NCBI GenBank assembly: GCA_965248995.1
Contig: CBDFKY010000004.1
Location: 42,178 to 106,177 of the forward strand
Direction: 5' to 3'
Source of the DNA: Rickettsiales bacterium
GTDB taxonomy: Bacteria; Pseudomonadota; Alphaproteobacteria; Rickettsiales; UBA998
DNA: 64,000 nt
A program made the translations under genes and the position numbers. Below, piece by piece: positions 40,525 to 48,745 of this stretch. A model generated the notes under the pieces. That model did not search any database and had not been told where the DNA came from. It worked only from the letters and a program-made list of their open reading frames with translations. Every line of letters starts with the position of its first letter. The stretch's first letter is position 1.

Positions 40525-40949
40525 ACGCCCCTTTGATATGGCTGCATGAAGAGGCGCTGCGAATAACGCATCCGGTATTCAAAGCCGCTCCTGCCGGTGC
40601 ACAAGCGGTTTTCGTGTGGGATGACGCGTATTTCCGTGAGACAAATCATAGCTTGAAACGGCTTATTTTTACTTATGAAACGCTATGCGAATTACCAATA
40701 GACATTCTGCATGGCGATACGCTCGACATTGTACGCACGCTTGCACCGTCCAGGATACACATGCCGGCAACCAGTAATCCGCTTATTCTAAAAACGATGG
40801 ACGGGCTGCGATCGGCTTTTTCCAGCGAAACAATAGAAGACGAAACCTTTGCACTCATCAAGCATCCGAAAGATTGCCTGCGCTTTTTCCCGTATTGGAA
40901 GAAAGCCGAGAAAAACGCGTTTCAACGGGATGGCGGCATACATGCCTAA
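40521..40949 (+). CDS. Small protein resembling the photolyase N-terminal alpha/beta domain
   Basis: LIWLHEEALR, AVFVWDD, SLKRLIFTYETL.EL, RFFPYW; ATGA overlap with the FAD-domain gene. Confidence 0.65.
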   Translation: MNAPLIWLHEEALRITHPVFKAAPAGAQAVFVWDDAYFRETNHSLKRLIFTYETLCELPIDILHGDTLDIVRTLAPSRIHMPATSNPLILKTMDGLRSAFSSETIEDETFALIKHPKDCLRFFPYWKKAEKNAFQRDGGIHA

Positions 40950-41080
40950 AGGAATCAGGAAAGCGGATCTTCCTGAAAAATATGCGCTCGCTGCTGCAGG
41001 CCGTTTACCTGGTGGAAAAATGAAAGAAAATGTGGGAAAAGGTGAAATATTGTTCGGATAAATGCGGAAAACAGACATGA
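40942..41080 (+). pseudogene. DUF2256 zinc-ribbon remnant
   Basis: Across frames reads MPKGIRKADLPEK(I)CARCCRPFTWWK(K)*KKMWEKVKYCSDKC. Confidence 0.7.
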
Positions 41081-41505
41081 AACCACATGCCGTCATGCTT
41101 GCGAAAATTCTAACCTACAGCAGCACGCTGCCCTTTGCGGCTGCCGTGATGTCCCGCTATGCACCGCTTCCTGGTGTTAACGATGTGTCTGTCGTCACAA
41201 CCTACGGTGCGGTCATTATTTCATTCCTATGCGGGATGCATTGGGCGACCTATCTTTTCTTCGCCAGCCAGTGCCCGCGCAACCTGCTCATTACCAGCAA
41301 CGCGGTCGCGCTGCTGGCATGGATGTCGGTACTGATACATCAACCGATAGCGACGCTGTCGCAGGCGCTGTGCTTTTTATATTTGCTGACTCTGGACTTG
41401 AAGCTTCGTGACGCAGATATATTACCGGGGTGGTTCTACAGCCTCCGCCGGAATGCGACGATTATCGTCGTGCTATGCCTCAGCATCCGAATGGTTTTGG
41501 CATGA
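41077..41505 (+). CDS. DUF3429 family membrane protein
   Basis: L.Y...LPF, YGAVIISFLCGMHW, SN...LLAW, LPGWFYSLR...T. Confidence 0.8.
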   Translation: MKPHAVMLAKILTYSSTLPFAAAVMSRYAPLPGVNDVSVVTTYGAVIISFLCGMHWATYLFFASQCPRNLLITSNAVALLAWMSVLIHQPIATLSQALCFLYLLTLDLKLRDADILPGWFYSLRRNATIIVVLCLSIRMVLA

Positions 41506-42500
41506 AAACGCGCATCGCCATCATCGGCGCGGGCATTTCCGGTCTGACCCTGGCGCAACGGCTGAGAGATCACGCGGATGTGGTGGTGTATGAGAAAGCG
41601 CGGGGCGTGGGCGGGCGTATGAGTACACGTTATGCCGATCCGTTTTATTTCGACCATGGAACGCATACATTCACCGCGCGAACCGCCCGGTTCCATGAGT
41701 TTCTGGAGCCTTACCAGAAAGATGGAACGGTCGCCGAATGGAGCGGTAAAATCATCAGCCTGGAATCCGGCAGGAAAATCACGAAGCGTTCATGGTTTGA
41801 ACCGCATCTGGTAGCGGCGCCCAACATGAACAGTCTATGCAAACAAATGGCGGAGGGAATAGATCTGCATCTGAACGTCGAGGTTGCGCCGCTGGTAGAA
41901 AAACAGTCCGGCACATGGATCGTGCATGACAAGGAAGGCCATGCGCTCGGCGAGTATGACTGGGTCATATCGACCGCGCCACCGGCACAGACCATCACGC
42001 TGCTGCGGAGGGCACTGGTGGATGATTCCGCTCAGCGTGCCGCGCGTATGCATGGATGTTACGCATTGATGGTGGGTTTCAACGTGCCGTGGGATAGACG
42101 CTGGATCGCCGCAAAAGTGAAGGATAATCCCATCAAATGGGTTTCGGTCAATTCCACCAAACCGGGGCGCGATATAAATGTGACCGCCATCGTCGCACAT
42201 TCCTGCAACAGCTGGGCGGACGCGCATATCGACGACGATATGGGAGCGGCGCAAACGTTCCTGCTCGCGCAATTTGAAACCGTTTCCGGAATTGATTGCG
42301 GTAATGCGGAGTATGTATCCATCCATCGCTGGAAGTATGCGATCGCTCAGGAAACAGAAACACCGGGGTTCCATTATGATCCGGTCCGCAAAATCGCCGC
42401 TACCGGAGACTGGGTATCCACGTCACGCGTTGAAGACGCGTGGATACATGCAACCGAACTGGCTGAGAGAATGATACTGGATCAGCTTCTCGATGCATGA
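41502..42500 (+). CDS. Renalase-like NAD(P)/FAD-dependent oxidoreductase
   Basis: IAIIGAGISG, EKARGVGGRMSTR, FDHG, HRWKYA, GDW..SRVEDAW. Confidence 0.88.
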   Translation: MKTRIAIIGAGISGLTLAQRLRDHADVVVYEKARGVGGRMSTRYADPFYFDHGTHTFTARTARFHEFLEPYQKDGTVAEWSGKIISLESGRKITKRSWFEPHLVAAPNMNSLCKQMAEGIDLHLNVEVAPLVEKQSGTWIVHDKEGHALGEYDWVISTAPPAQTITLLRRALVDDSAQRAARMHGCYALMVGFNVPWDRRWIAAKVKDNPIKWVSVNSTKPGRDINVTAIVAHSCNSWADAHIDDDMGAAQTFLLAQFETVSGIDCGNAEYVSIHRWKYAIAQETETPGFHYDPVRKIAATGDWVSTSRVEDAWIHATELAERMILDQLLDA

Positions 42501-42535
42501 AATCAACACCATATCCGCCGTCTCAGCCGACATTA

Positions 42536-44377
42536 TCAGCCCTCGGTTTCCAGCCACTCGGTTTCCGCCGTTTCATAGTCTTTCTGCAGGGCGGCATAAC
42601 GTTTCAGCAGATCATTCATATACCCTGCATTTCCCAACGCTTTTTCCGATGCGAGATCGTGTTCCAGTGCCTGCATCTGGTTACGTAACTGCTCCAATAC
42701 GTGCTCCGCTTTTGCACCCGAACCGTTTTTCTTCTGTTTCGATTTGCCCTGCTTCGCCTGCTTACCGCCGGTCGCTTCCGCTTTTTCCTTTTTCGCGCCG
42801 GAGCGTTCGCGTTTTCGCTGGTCGATCACCAGCTGGCGATATTCTTCCAGATTACCGTTATAATTCTCGACGCCCCCGTCACGCACCAGCCAGAGCTGAT
42901 CCACCACCGCTTCCACCAGATGCGGATCATGGCTGACCAAGATCACGCAGCCGTCATAGGCGTTCAATGCCTGGATCAGGGCGGCGCGCGCGTCCATGTC
43001 CAGATGGTTGGTCGGCTCATCCAGCAGCATGATATGCGGCGCGTCATAGCTCATCATGCAGAACAGCAGGCGCGCTTTCTCGCCGCCTGAGAGTTCATCG
43101 ATCTTGGTATCCGCCTTGCCTTTGTCGAAGCCGAATTTCCCGAGCATCGCGCGGATGTTGTGTTCCGCAACGTCACGGATGAATTCCCGCATCGTTTGAA
43201 AAGGGGTAAGCGACGTATCCATCTCGTCGGACTGGTGCTGCGCGAAATATCCCACGCGCAATTTGCCATGGGCATGATGCTCCCCGGCCATCGCTTTGAG
43301 ATGTCCTGAAATCAGCTTGACGAGAGTGGATTTCCCGTTTCCGTTGGCTCCCAGAATCCCGATACGGTCTTCCATATCGATCCGCAGGTTAGTGTTTTTC
43401 AATACCGGTTTGCCTCGCTCGTAGCCGATATCCACCTTCTCCAGGGTAATGATAGGTGAGCCCAGCGATTCGGGCTGCGGAAACTTAAACGATGTGGAGC
43501 GGTCGGCGATCAGCGCGTCGACCATATCCATTTTTTCCAGCATTTTGATCCGGCTCTGGGCCTGGCGCGCCTTGCTCGCTTTCGCCCCGAATTTGGACGC
43601 GAAATCCATGACCCGTTTCTTATGGGCCTGCTGTTTTTCGAACAAAGCCTGCGCGTTATACAGTTTCTGTGCGCGGCGGGTCTCGAACTGGTCGTAATTG
43701 CCGGTATAGAGTTCCAGTTTCAACTGGTCGAGATGGACGATATGCGTGCATGCTTTATTCAGGATTTCCCGGTCATGACTGATGAGGATATAGGTGCCCG
43801 GATAATTCAGCAGGTAATTTTCCAGCCAGATGATCGCCTCGAAATCCAGATGGTTCGTCGGTTCATCCAGCAGCAATAAATCAGGCTGGAGAAATAACGC
43901 CGCCGCCAATGCCACCCGCATCCGCCATCCACCGGAAAAACTGTTGATCGGACGGTTCTGCGCTTCCATATCGAAACCGAGCCCGGCCAAAATAATGGAG
44001 GCGTTCGTCGGGGCTTCATACGCATTGATATCCGCCAGCCGGGTATAAATATCGGCGATGCGCTGCGGGTCCTCCGCCGTTTCCGCTTCCAAGAACAGCC
44101 CCGCGCGTTCGGTATCGGCGGCCAGCACGATGTCGATAAGGGTCGTTTCGTCATCCGGCAGATCCTGCCGCACTCGCCCCATCTTGACGCTCGGCGCTAA
44201 ACTGATGCTGCCGCCGTCGATCTCCAGTTCGTTATCGATCAGATTGAACAGCGTCGATTTTCCCGCTCCGTTGGGCCCGATCAGCCCGACGCGGTATCCG
44301 GCGTTGATCTGGACGGAGGCTTCGGAGAGCAAGGTGCGCCCGGCGATGCGGTAGGTAATGTTTTTAAGTGTCAGCAC
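42536..44377 (-). CDS. ABC-F family ATPase (YheS-like)
   Basis: Two NBDs: GPNGAGKST/FSGGWRMR/LLDEPTNHLD and GANGNGKST/LSGGEKAR/LLDEPTNHLD; no TM segments. Confidence 0.95.
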   Translation of the reverse strand: MLTLKNITYRIAGRTLLSEASVQINAGYRVGLIGPNGAGKSTLFNLIDNELEIDGGSISLAPSVKMGRVRQDLPDDETTLIDIVLAADTERAGLFLEAETAEDPQRIADIYTRLADINAYEAPTNASIILAGLGFDMEAQNRPINSFSGGWRMRVALAAALFLQPDLLLLDEPTNHLDFEAIIWLENYLLNYPGTYILISHDREILNKACTHIVHLDQLKLELYTGNYDQFETRRAQKLYNAQALFEKQQAHKKRVMDFASKFGAKASKARQAQSRIKMLEKMDMVDALIADRSTSFKFPQPESLGSPIITLEKVDIGYERGKPVLKNTNLRIDMEDRIGILGANGNGKSTLVKLISGHLKAMAGEHHAHGKLRVGYFAQHQSDEMDTSLTPFQTMREFIRDVAEHNIRAMLGKFGFDKGKADTKIDELSGGEKARLLFCMMSYDAPHIMLLDEPTNHLDMDARAALIQALNAYDGCVILVSHDPHLVEAVVDQLWLVRDGGVENYNGNLEEYRQLVIDQRKRERSGAKKEKAEATGGKQAKQGKSKQKKNGSGAKAEHVLEQLRNQMQALEHDLASEKALGNAGYMNDLLKRYAALQKDYETAETEWLETEG

Positions 44378-44569
44378 GGATAAATTCCAGTAAAGAGGTT
44401 CAGGATATGTGATGTTTTCTCACTTACCCTAAAGTGCATGCGGGGAACAAACTATAATTTATCCTGGCCTTTATTATTCAGCTGACCCTATGCCCGCCTT
44501 CATTCCGGGGGAGGTGCCGGAAGCCATATTAAGCATCATGGGGTGCCAGCTTTTTCCGGCTTGAGAATG

Positions 44570-44714
44570 AGAACCAGTCACGTAAACCTTTTTAGGCTAG
44601 CGAAAATGGTTGATTTGCGAGACTCGAAGCGCAGTGTACTTAAGGTACATGAGCATCGAATCGCAGTAAATTGACCGTTTGCAGCTGCATAAAAGGGTTT
44701 ACGTGACTGGTTCT
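44570..44714. repeat. 145-bp palindromic element (MITE/RPE-like)
   Basis: 25-bp terminal inverted repeat AGAACCAGTCACGTAAACC(T/C)TTTTA with one mismatch; inner arms also pair; core GCAGTGTAC-TTAAG-GTACATGAGCAT. Confidence 0.85.
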
Positions 44715-44724
44715 AACCGTCCGT

Positions 44725-45098
44725 TCACCGTATCTGCGAGTGGGCCTGAGTGCCGGAGGAAAAAGCTTGGCGTAACTGGTTGCGCAGCCCTTCCTCGTGA
44801 TTGGATTCGCAAAATCCCGCTTTTCCTAAAATAACCGGCAGCGTGGCGATAAGGGCGATTCCCTCTTTTGCATTATGAAGTGTGCGTGTCTCGGTGGCGC
44901 GCAGCGTGTGGTCGTCAATCACGGCGGCGGTAATCCCTTGACCCAGCAAGGTGCCTTTCGGGTCAAAATCGTCCAGAGCATTTTTTGCGGCGATCGTGCT
45001 TAACACGTCCAGGGCATTTCCGCCTTCAATCGAAAAATCCACGTAAGGTTTTCCTTCATCTTTTTCTGAGAGTTATTAAATGTGACGGTGACTGTCAT
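44725..45098 (-). pseudogene. Orphan ORF, probably frameshifted in an A-run near its start
   Basis: ATG at 45098 (MTVTVTFNNSQK) joins DEGKPYVDFS...HSQIR* only if the A5 run at 45061-65 were A6. Confidence 0.45.
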
Positions 45099-45107
45099 AT
45101 AGAATCT

Positions 45108-45144
45108 TTAATAATTAATTAAATTATGTTATAATCTACTTAAC
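45108..45144. promoter_or_regulatory. CtrA-like boxes between two divergent orphan ORFs
   Basis: Perfect TTAA-N7-TTAA at 45108-45122 and TTAT-N7-TTAAC at 45129-45144. Confidence 0.45.
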
Positions 45145-45216
45145 CATAAGGAATATAACCGCCTGATCGGGGCAGCCAACGAACAGGGCGGAAAATTCAC
45201 TCTTCTGGAAAAACCG

Positions 45217-46194
45217 GTGCATTATCAGTATGCCGAGGCGGGACAAACCTTTCAGTACGTCAAAAAAATTGCGGAATACAACGCGCAGGTCGCCACTTTC
45301 AACGCAAGCGTGATTCCCCATAACGGCGAGACCGTGCAATTGAACACCCGTCTCTTCCATGCGTATGAGGAAGCGCGGGCGACGGGCAACCGGTCGCACG
45401 TTGAAGCGCTGGAACACGCCGGCCTGCCGCTGGCCATCGCCTCCACCGTGGTCGACGTGGCGATCGCGGTGCATCAGCAGGACAGCCGGGCGGTCGCCGT
45501 GGCGATGGGACAGCTGGCCGGCGGCATCGGCGGCGGCGTGGTCGGGGCGGGTCTTGACACGCCCGGCGGGCCGCTGGCGGTCGTGACCGGATTCGCCGGA
45601 GCGGTGGTGGGCGGCGTAGGCGGCGGCATGCTGGCCGGGGCGTCCTACGACGTGACCACGGCGCTCTCTGATTTTGTCGCGAAGCATGTCAACATTTCTC
45701 CCAGGGATCCGGTATTCTTCGACCTTCTGGCGCAGGAACAGCCCGGTATTCTGGCGAACGCTCACCTCAAGACCTTACGCGAATCCGGCCTGTTCACCCC
45801 CCAGCAGCTGGAAACCATCCATGCCAAGCAGATGCAGCTGGGAAATCTCGAACTGAAGATCAACAGCCCGTTGAGGGACATACAGCTCCGGAACGAACTG
45901 CTGGCCCCCGTCCATCTGGACCTCGACCAGCCCGCACCGGCAGGAAACCTCCTGCACGGCGCGCTTCCACAGAAGGACACCCTGCAACTTGCCAGCCTGC
46001 CTGCGCAGAACGGTAACGCCGGGAATTCCAGGAGCGAGACACCGCAGCCGAAAACCTCTTTCGACGGCATCGACCTCAGCGGAATAAAACGGGCCGGAAT
46101 ATCCGGCGGCGCATCCGTGATACACGAACAGGTCGGCGCCGCACTCGTCGCACAGGGACAGGGGAAAATTACCGCCGCAGGCATCGGGGCATAA
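45217..46194 (+). CDS. Orphan glycine-zipper protein (start uncertain)
   Basis: GQLAGGIGGGVVGAG..GGPLAVVTGFAGAVVGGVGGGMLAG; frame open from 45115 without an ATG. Confidence 0.6.
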   Translation: MHYQYAEAGQTFQYVKKIAEYNAQVATFNASVIPHNGETVQLNTRLFHAYEEARATGNRSHVEALEHAGLPLAIASTVVDVAIAVHQQDSRAVAVAMGQLAGGIGGGVVGAGLDTPGGPLAVVTGFAGAVVGGVGGGMLAGASYDVTTALSDFVAKHVNISPRDPVFFDLLAQEQPGILANAHLKTLRESGLFTPQQLETIHAKQMQLGNLELKINSPLRDIQLRNELLAPVHLDLDQPAPAGNLLHGALPQKDTLQLASLPAQNGNAGNSRSETPQPKTSFDGIDLSGIKRAGISGGASVIHEQVGAALVAQGQGKITAAGIGA

Positions 46195-46236
46195 AAGCAT
46201 TATCGTGGCAGCCTCATCCGTGTTAAACAGGGCGCT

Positions 46237-46998
46237 ATGATTGATTTGCAGCACGTGACGCTCCGTCATCCCGGTTCAACGCAGGTGATGGGGCCCCTGT
46301 CGCTGCAGGTGGCTCAAGGGGAAACACTGGTGCTGCTCGGCGGTTCGGGTGCCGGGAAATCGACCCTGCTCAAGGCGATGATGAGACTGCTGCCGATGAT
46401 GAGCGGAACGATCCGGATCGACGGCAGGGACATCGCGACCGAGGATCCGGTGGCGCTCCGCCGTTCCATCGGCATGGTCTTTCAGCACGCGGCCCTGTTT
46501 CCGCATCTGAGCGCGGCGCAGAATATCGCTTTGCCGCTGCGCGCCTCGGGTATGGACAAGTCAGCGATACGCGGACAGGTGGAGCGGCTGATGAACATCT
46601 GTAAACTGGAGCCGGAAATATACCGTGACCGCCTGCCGCATCAGCTCTCCGGCGGGCAGCGGCAGCGTGTCGGCGTCGCCCGCGCCCTGGCGCGAAACCC
46701 GCGGCTGCTGTTGATGGATGAGCCGTTCGGCGCGCTCGACGCCATTACCCGCCGTCACCTGCAGGATGAACTGCGGCAGCTACGCGATGCGCTCGGCATC
46801 ACCATCCTGTTCGTCACCCACGATGTGATGGAAGCGGTGCGGCTCGGTGACCGGCTGGCGGTGATGGATGCGGGCCGTCTTCACCAGACGGGAACGATTC
46901 GGGAACTGCTGAATTTTCCGAAAAGCGCCGTGGTCGAAGCGCTGATCTGCGCGCCGCTCGGCGAACTGAAGGATTTCGTCAGGTACAGCGTCGTATGA
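46237..46998 (+). CDS. Osmoprotectant (glycine betaine/choline) ABC transporter ATP-binding subunit
   Basis: GGSGAGKST, DPVALRRSIG, LSGGQRQRVGVARALA, LMDEPFGALDAITR. Confidence 0.88.
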   Translation: MIDLQHVTLRHPGSTQVMGPLSLQVAQGETLVLLGGSGAGKSTLLKAMMRLLPMMSGTIRIDGRDIATEDPVALRRSIGMVFQHAALFPHLSAAQNIALPLRASGMDKSAIRGQVERLMNICKLEPEIYRDRLPHQLSGGQRQRVGVARALARNPRLLLMDEPFGALDAITRRHLQDELRQLRDALGITILFVTHDVMEAVRLGDRLAVMDAGRLHQTGTIRELLNFPKSAVVEALICAPLGELKDFVRYSVV

Positions 46999-48533
46999 GT
47001 GCGATGCTGCGCTATCTGCACGAACAAACCCCGGCCCTGTTGACGCGCACCGCCGAGCATCTGGAATTGACCGGCATCACTTTATGCCTGGCATGGTTCG
47101 CAGGCGTCTTCCTGGCGGCAGTGGCATCGCGCCGTGCGGCGACGCGAAACCTCCTGCTCGCCGTGGTCAGCATGTTGCAGACCGTACCGGGGATCGCGTT
47201 GCTGGTGATGATGATGGCGCTGTTCGGACGGATCGGCGCTATACCCGCGCTCGCCGCGCTGTTTCTCTACGCCCTCCTGCCGATCGTGCAGAATACGCTG
47301 GTCGGCCTCGCTTCGATTCCGGGGGAACTGGACGAGGTGGCGAAAGGCATCGGGCTCACCCGCCTGCAGCGGATGCGTTACGTGCGGCTGCCGCTGGCGC
47401 TGCCGATGATGCTGGCGGGTCTGCGCACCTCCGCCGTGCTGACGGTGGGGCTGGCGACACTCGCGGCGTTTATCGGCGCCGGAGGCCTCGGGCAGTTCAT
47501 CAATCGCGGCTTGTTTCTCTCCGATACGAAACTGATCCTGCTCGGCGCCGTTCCGACGACGCTGATGGCGCTGTTGATCCACGGCTGGGTAAGCCTGCTG
47601 GCGATGGCCGCCGACGTTACCAGATCGCGCCGTGCGAGGCATGGTGCAATCGTGGCCGCCGTGGTCGTAGTCGCGGTATTCGGCGCATCCACGTTCGCTG
47701 TGCTGCACCGTTCCCCGACGCAAGCTGATCAGCCTCGCATCGTCATCGGCTCCAAGAACTTCACCGAGCAACTGATCGTGGCGGAAATGCTGGCGCAGGC
47801 GATCGAGCGGCATACCCATCTGCAGGTGGAGCGGCGTTTCGGCCTCGGCGGCAGCCCGATCCTGCATCGCGCCTTGCTCCAAGGCAATATCGACATGGCG
47901 GTCGAATATACCGGAACGGCCTTGGCGAGTATCCTGCATCTGCCCACGCCCGAGGATCAGCGCCAGGTGTTTTCGGAGGTGAGCGACGCGTACCATCGGC
48001 GTTTCGCCCTTCGCTGGCTGCCGCCGCTCGGGTTCGACAACCGGTATGTTCTGGCGGTACGCAAGGATGACCCCAAGCTCGCCGGTATTACGACGCTTTC
48101 CGGCCTCAAAGCGGTCGCGCCCGCACTCACCGCCGCGTTCGATTTCGAGTTTGCCGAACGCGCTGACGGGTATAAGGGGCTGCAGTCGCGCTATGGCCTG
48201 ACGTTCGGCAACGTGATCGACATGCATCCGGATTTGCTCTACGGCGCGCTTGCGGACAAACACGCCGACGTCATCAGCGCCTATGCGACCGACGGGAGGC
48301 TGACCGGTTACGGCTTTCGCACCTTAGATGACGACCGGAAATTTTTCCCGCCTTATGAAGCCGCGATCGTCATCCGCGAAGCGACGCTTAAAGCGCATCC
48401 CGAGCTGGAGCAGCTGTTGCTCGGCCTTTCCGGCAGCCTGCCGACAGACCGTATGCGCGCACTCAATGCCGCGGTGGATCTGAAGCGGCTCACTGTCGAG
48501 CGGGCGGCAGCGAGCGCATTGCCACAGCCATAA
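46995..48533 (+). CDS. Osmoprotectant ABC transporter, fused permease and substrate-binding protein
   Basis: LQTVPGIALL, LYALLPIVQNT, IGAGGLG, then IGSKNFTEQ, EYTGT, GFDNRY, AYATDG, DDRKFFPPY. Confidence 0.9.
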   Translation: MSAMLRYLHEQTPALLTRTAEHLELTGITLCLAWFAGVFLAAVASRRAATRNLLLAVVSMLQTVPGIALLVMMMALFGRIGAIPALAALFLYALLPIVQNTLVGLASIPGELDEVAKGIGLTRLQRMRYVRLPLALPMMLAGLRTSAVLTVGLATLAAFIGAGGLGQFINRGLFLSDTKLILLGAVPTTLMALLIHGWVSLLAMAADVTRSRRARHGAIVAAVVVVAVFGASTFAVLHRSPTQADQPRIVIGSKNFTEQLIVAEMLAQAIERHTHLQVERRFGLGGSPILHRALLQGNIDMAVEYTGTALASILHLPTPEDQRQVFSEVSDAYHRRFALRWLPPLGFDNRYVLAVRKDDPKLAGITTLSGLKAVAPALTAAFDFEFAERADGYKGLQSRYGLTFGNVIDMHPDLLYGALADKHADVISAYATDGRLTGYGFRTLDDDRKFFPPYEAAIVIREATLKAHPELEQLLLGLSGSLPTDRMRALNAAVDLKRLTVERAAASALPQP

Positions 48534-48576
48534 TGATGGATACGGTAAGTTATCACCTCTTCGTGATGAAGGCCTT

Positions 48577-48606
48577 GAATAAATAAACCGAATGGTTTAT
48601 TTATTC
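48577..48606. promoter_or_regulatory. AT-rich perfect inverted repeat, TetR-type operator candidate
   Basis: GAATAAATAAACC-GAAT-GGTTTATTTATTC, 140 bp upstream of the efflux operon. Confidence 0.5.
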
Positions 48607-48745
48607 GGCCATCAGTACCAAAAACCGGAACGAAAGGATTGCGGCGTAACCCGTTTGTGTTCGCGAAATCCGGATAGCCGGATATCATCCATGTCATTCG
48701 CCTTCACGCATGTCGTCTTCTTAACGCTCACATCACAGTAAATTC

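Noticed and set aside
44540-44550. GGGGTGCCAG as an att copy of the tRNA-Gln 3' end
   Set aside because: Only about 10 bp, mismatched and inverted; expected by chance.
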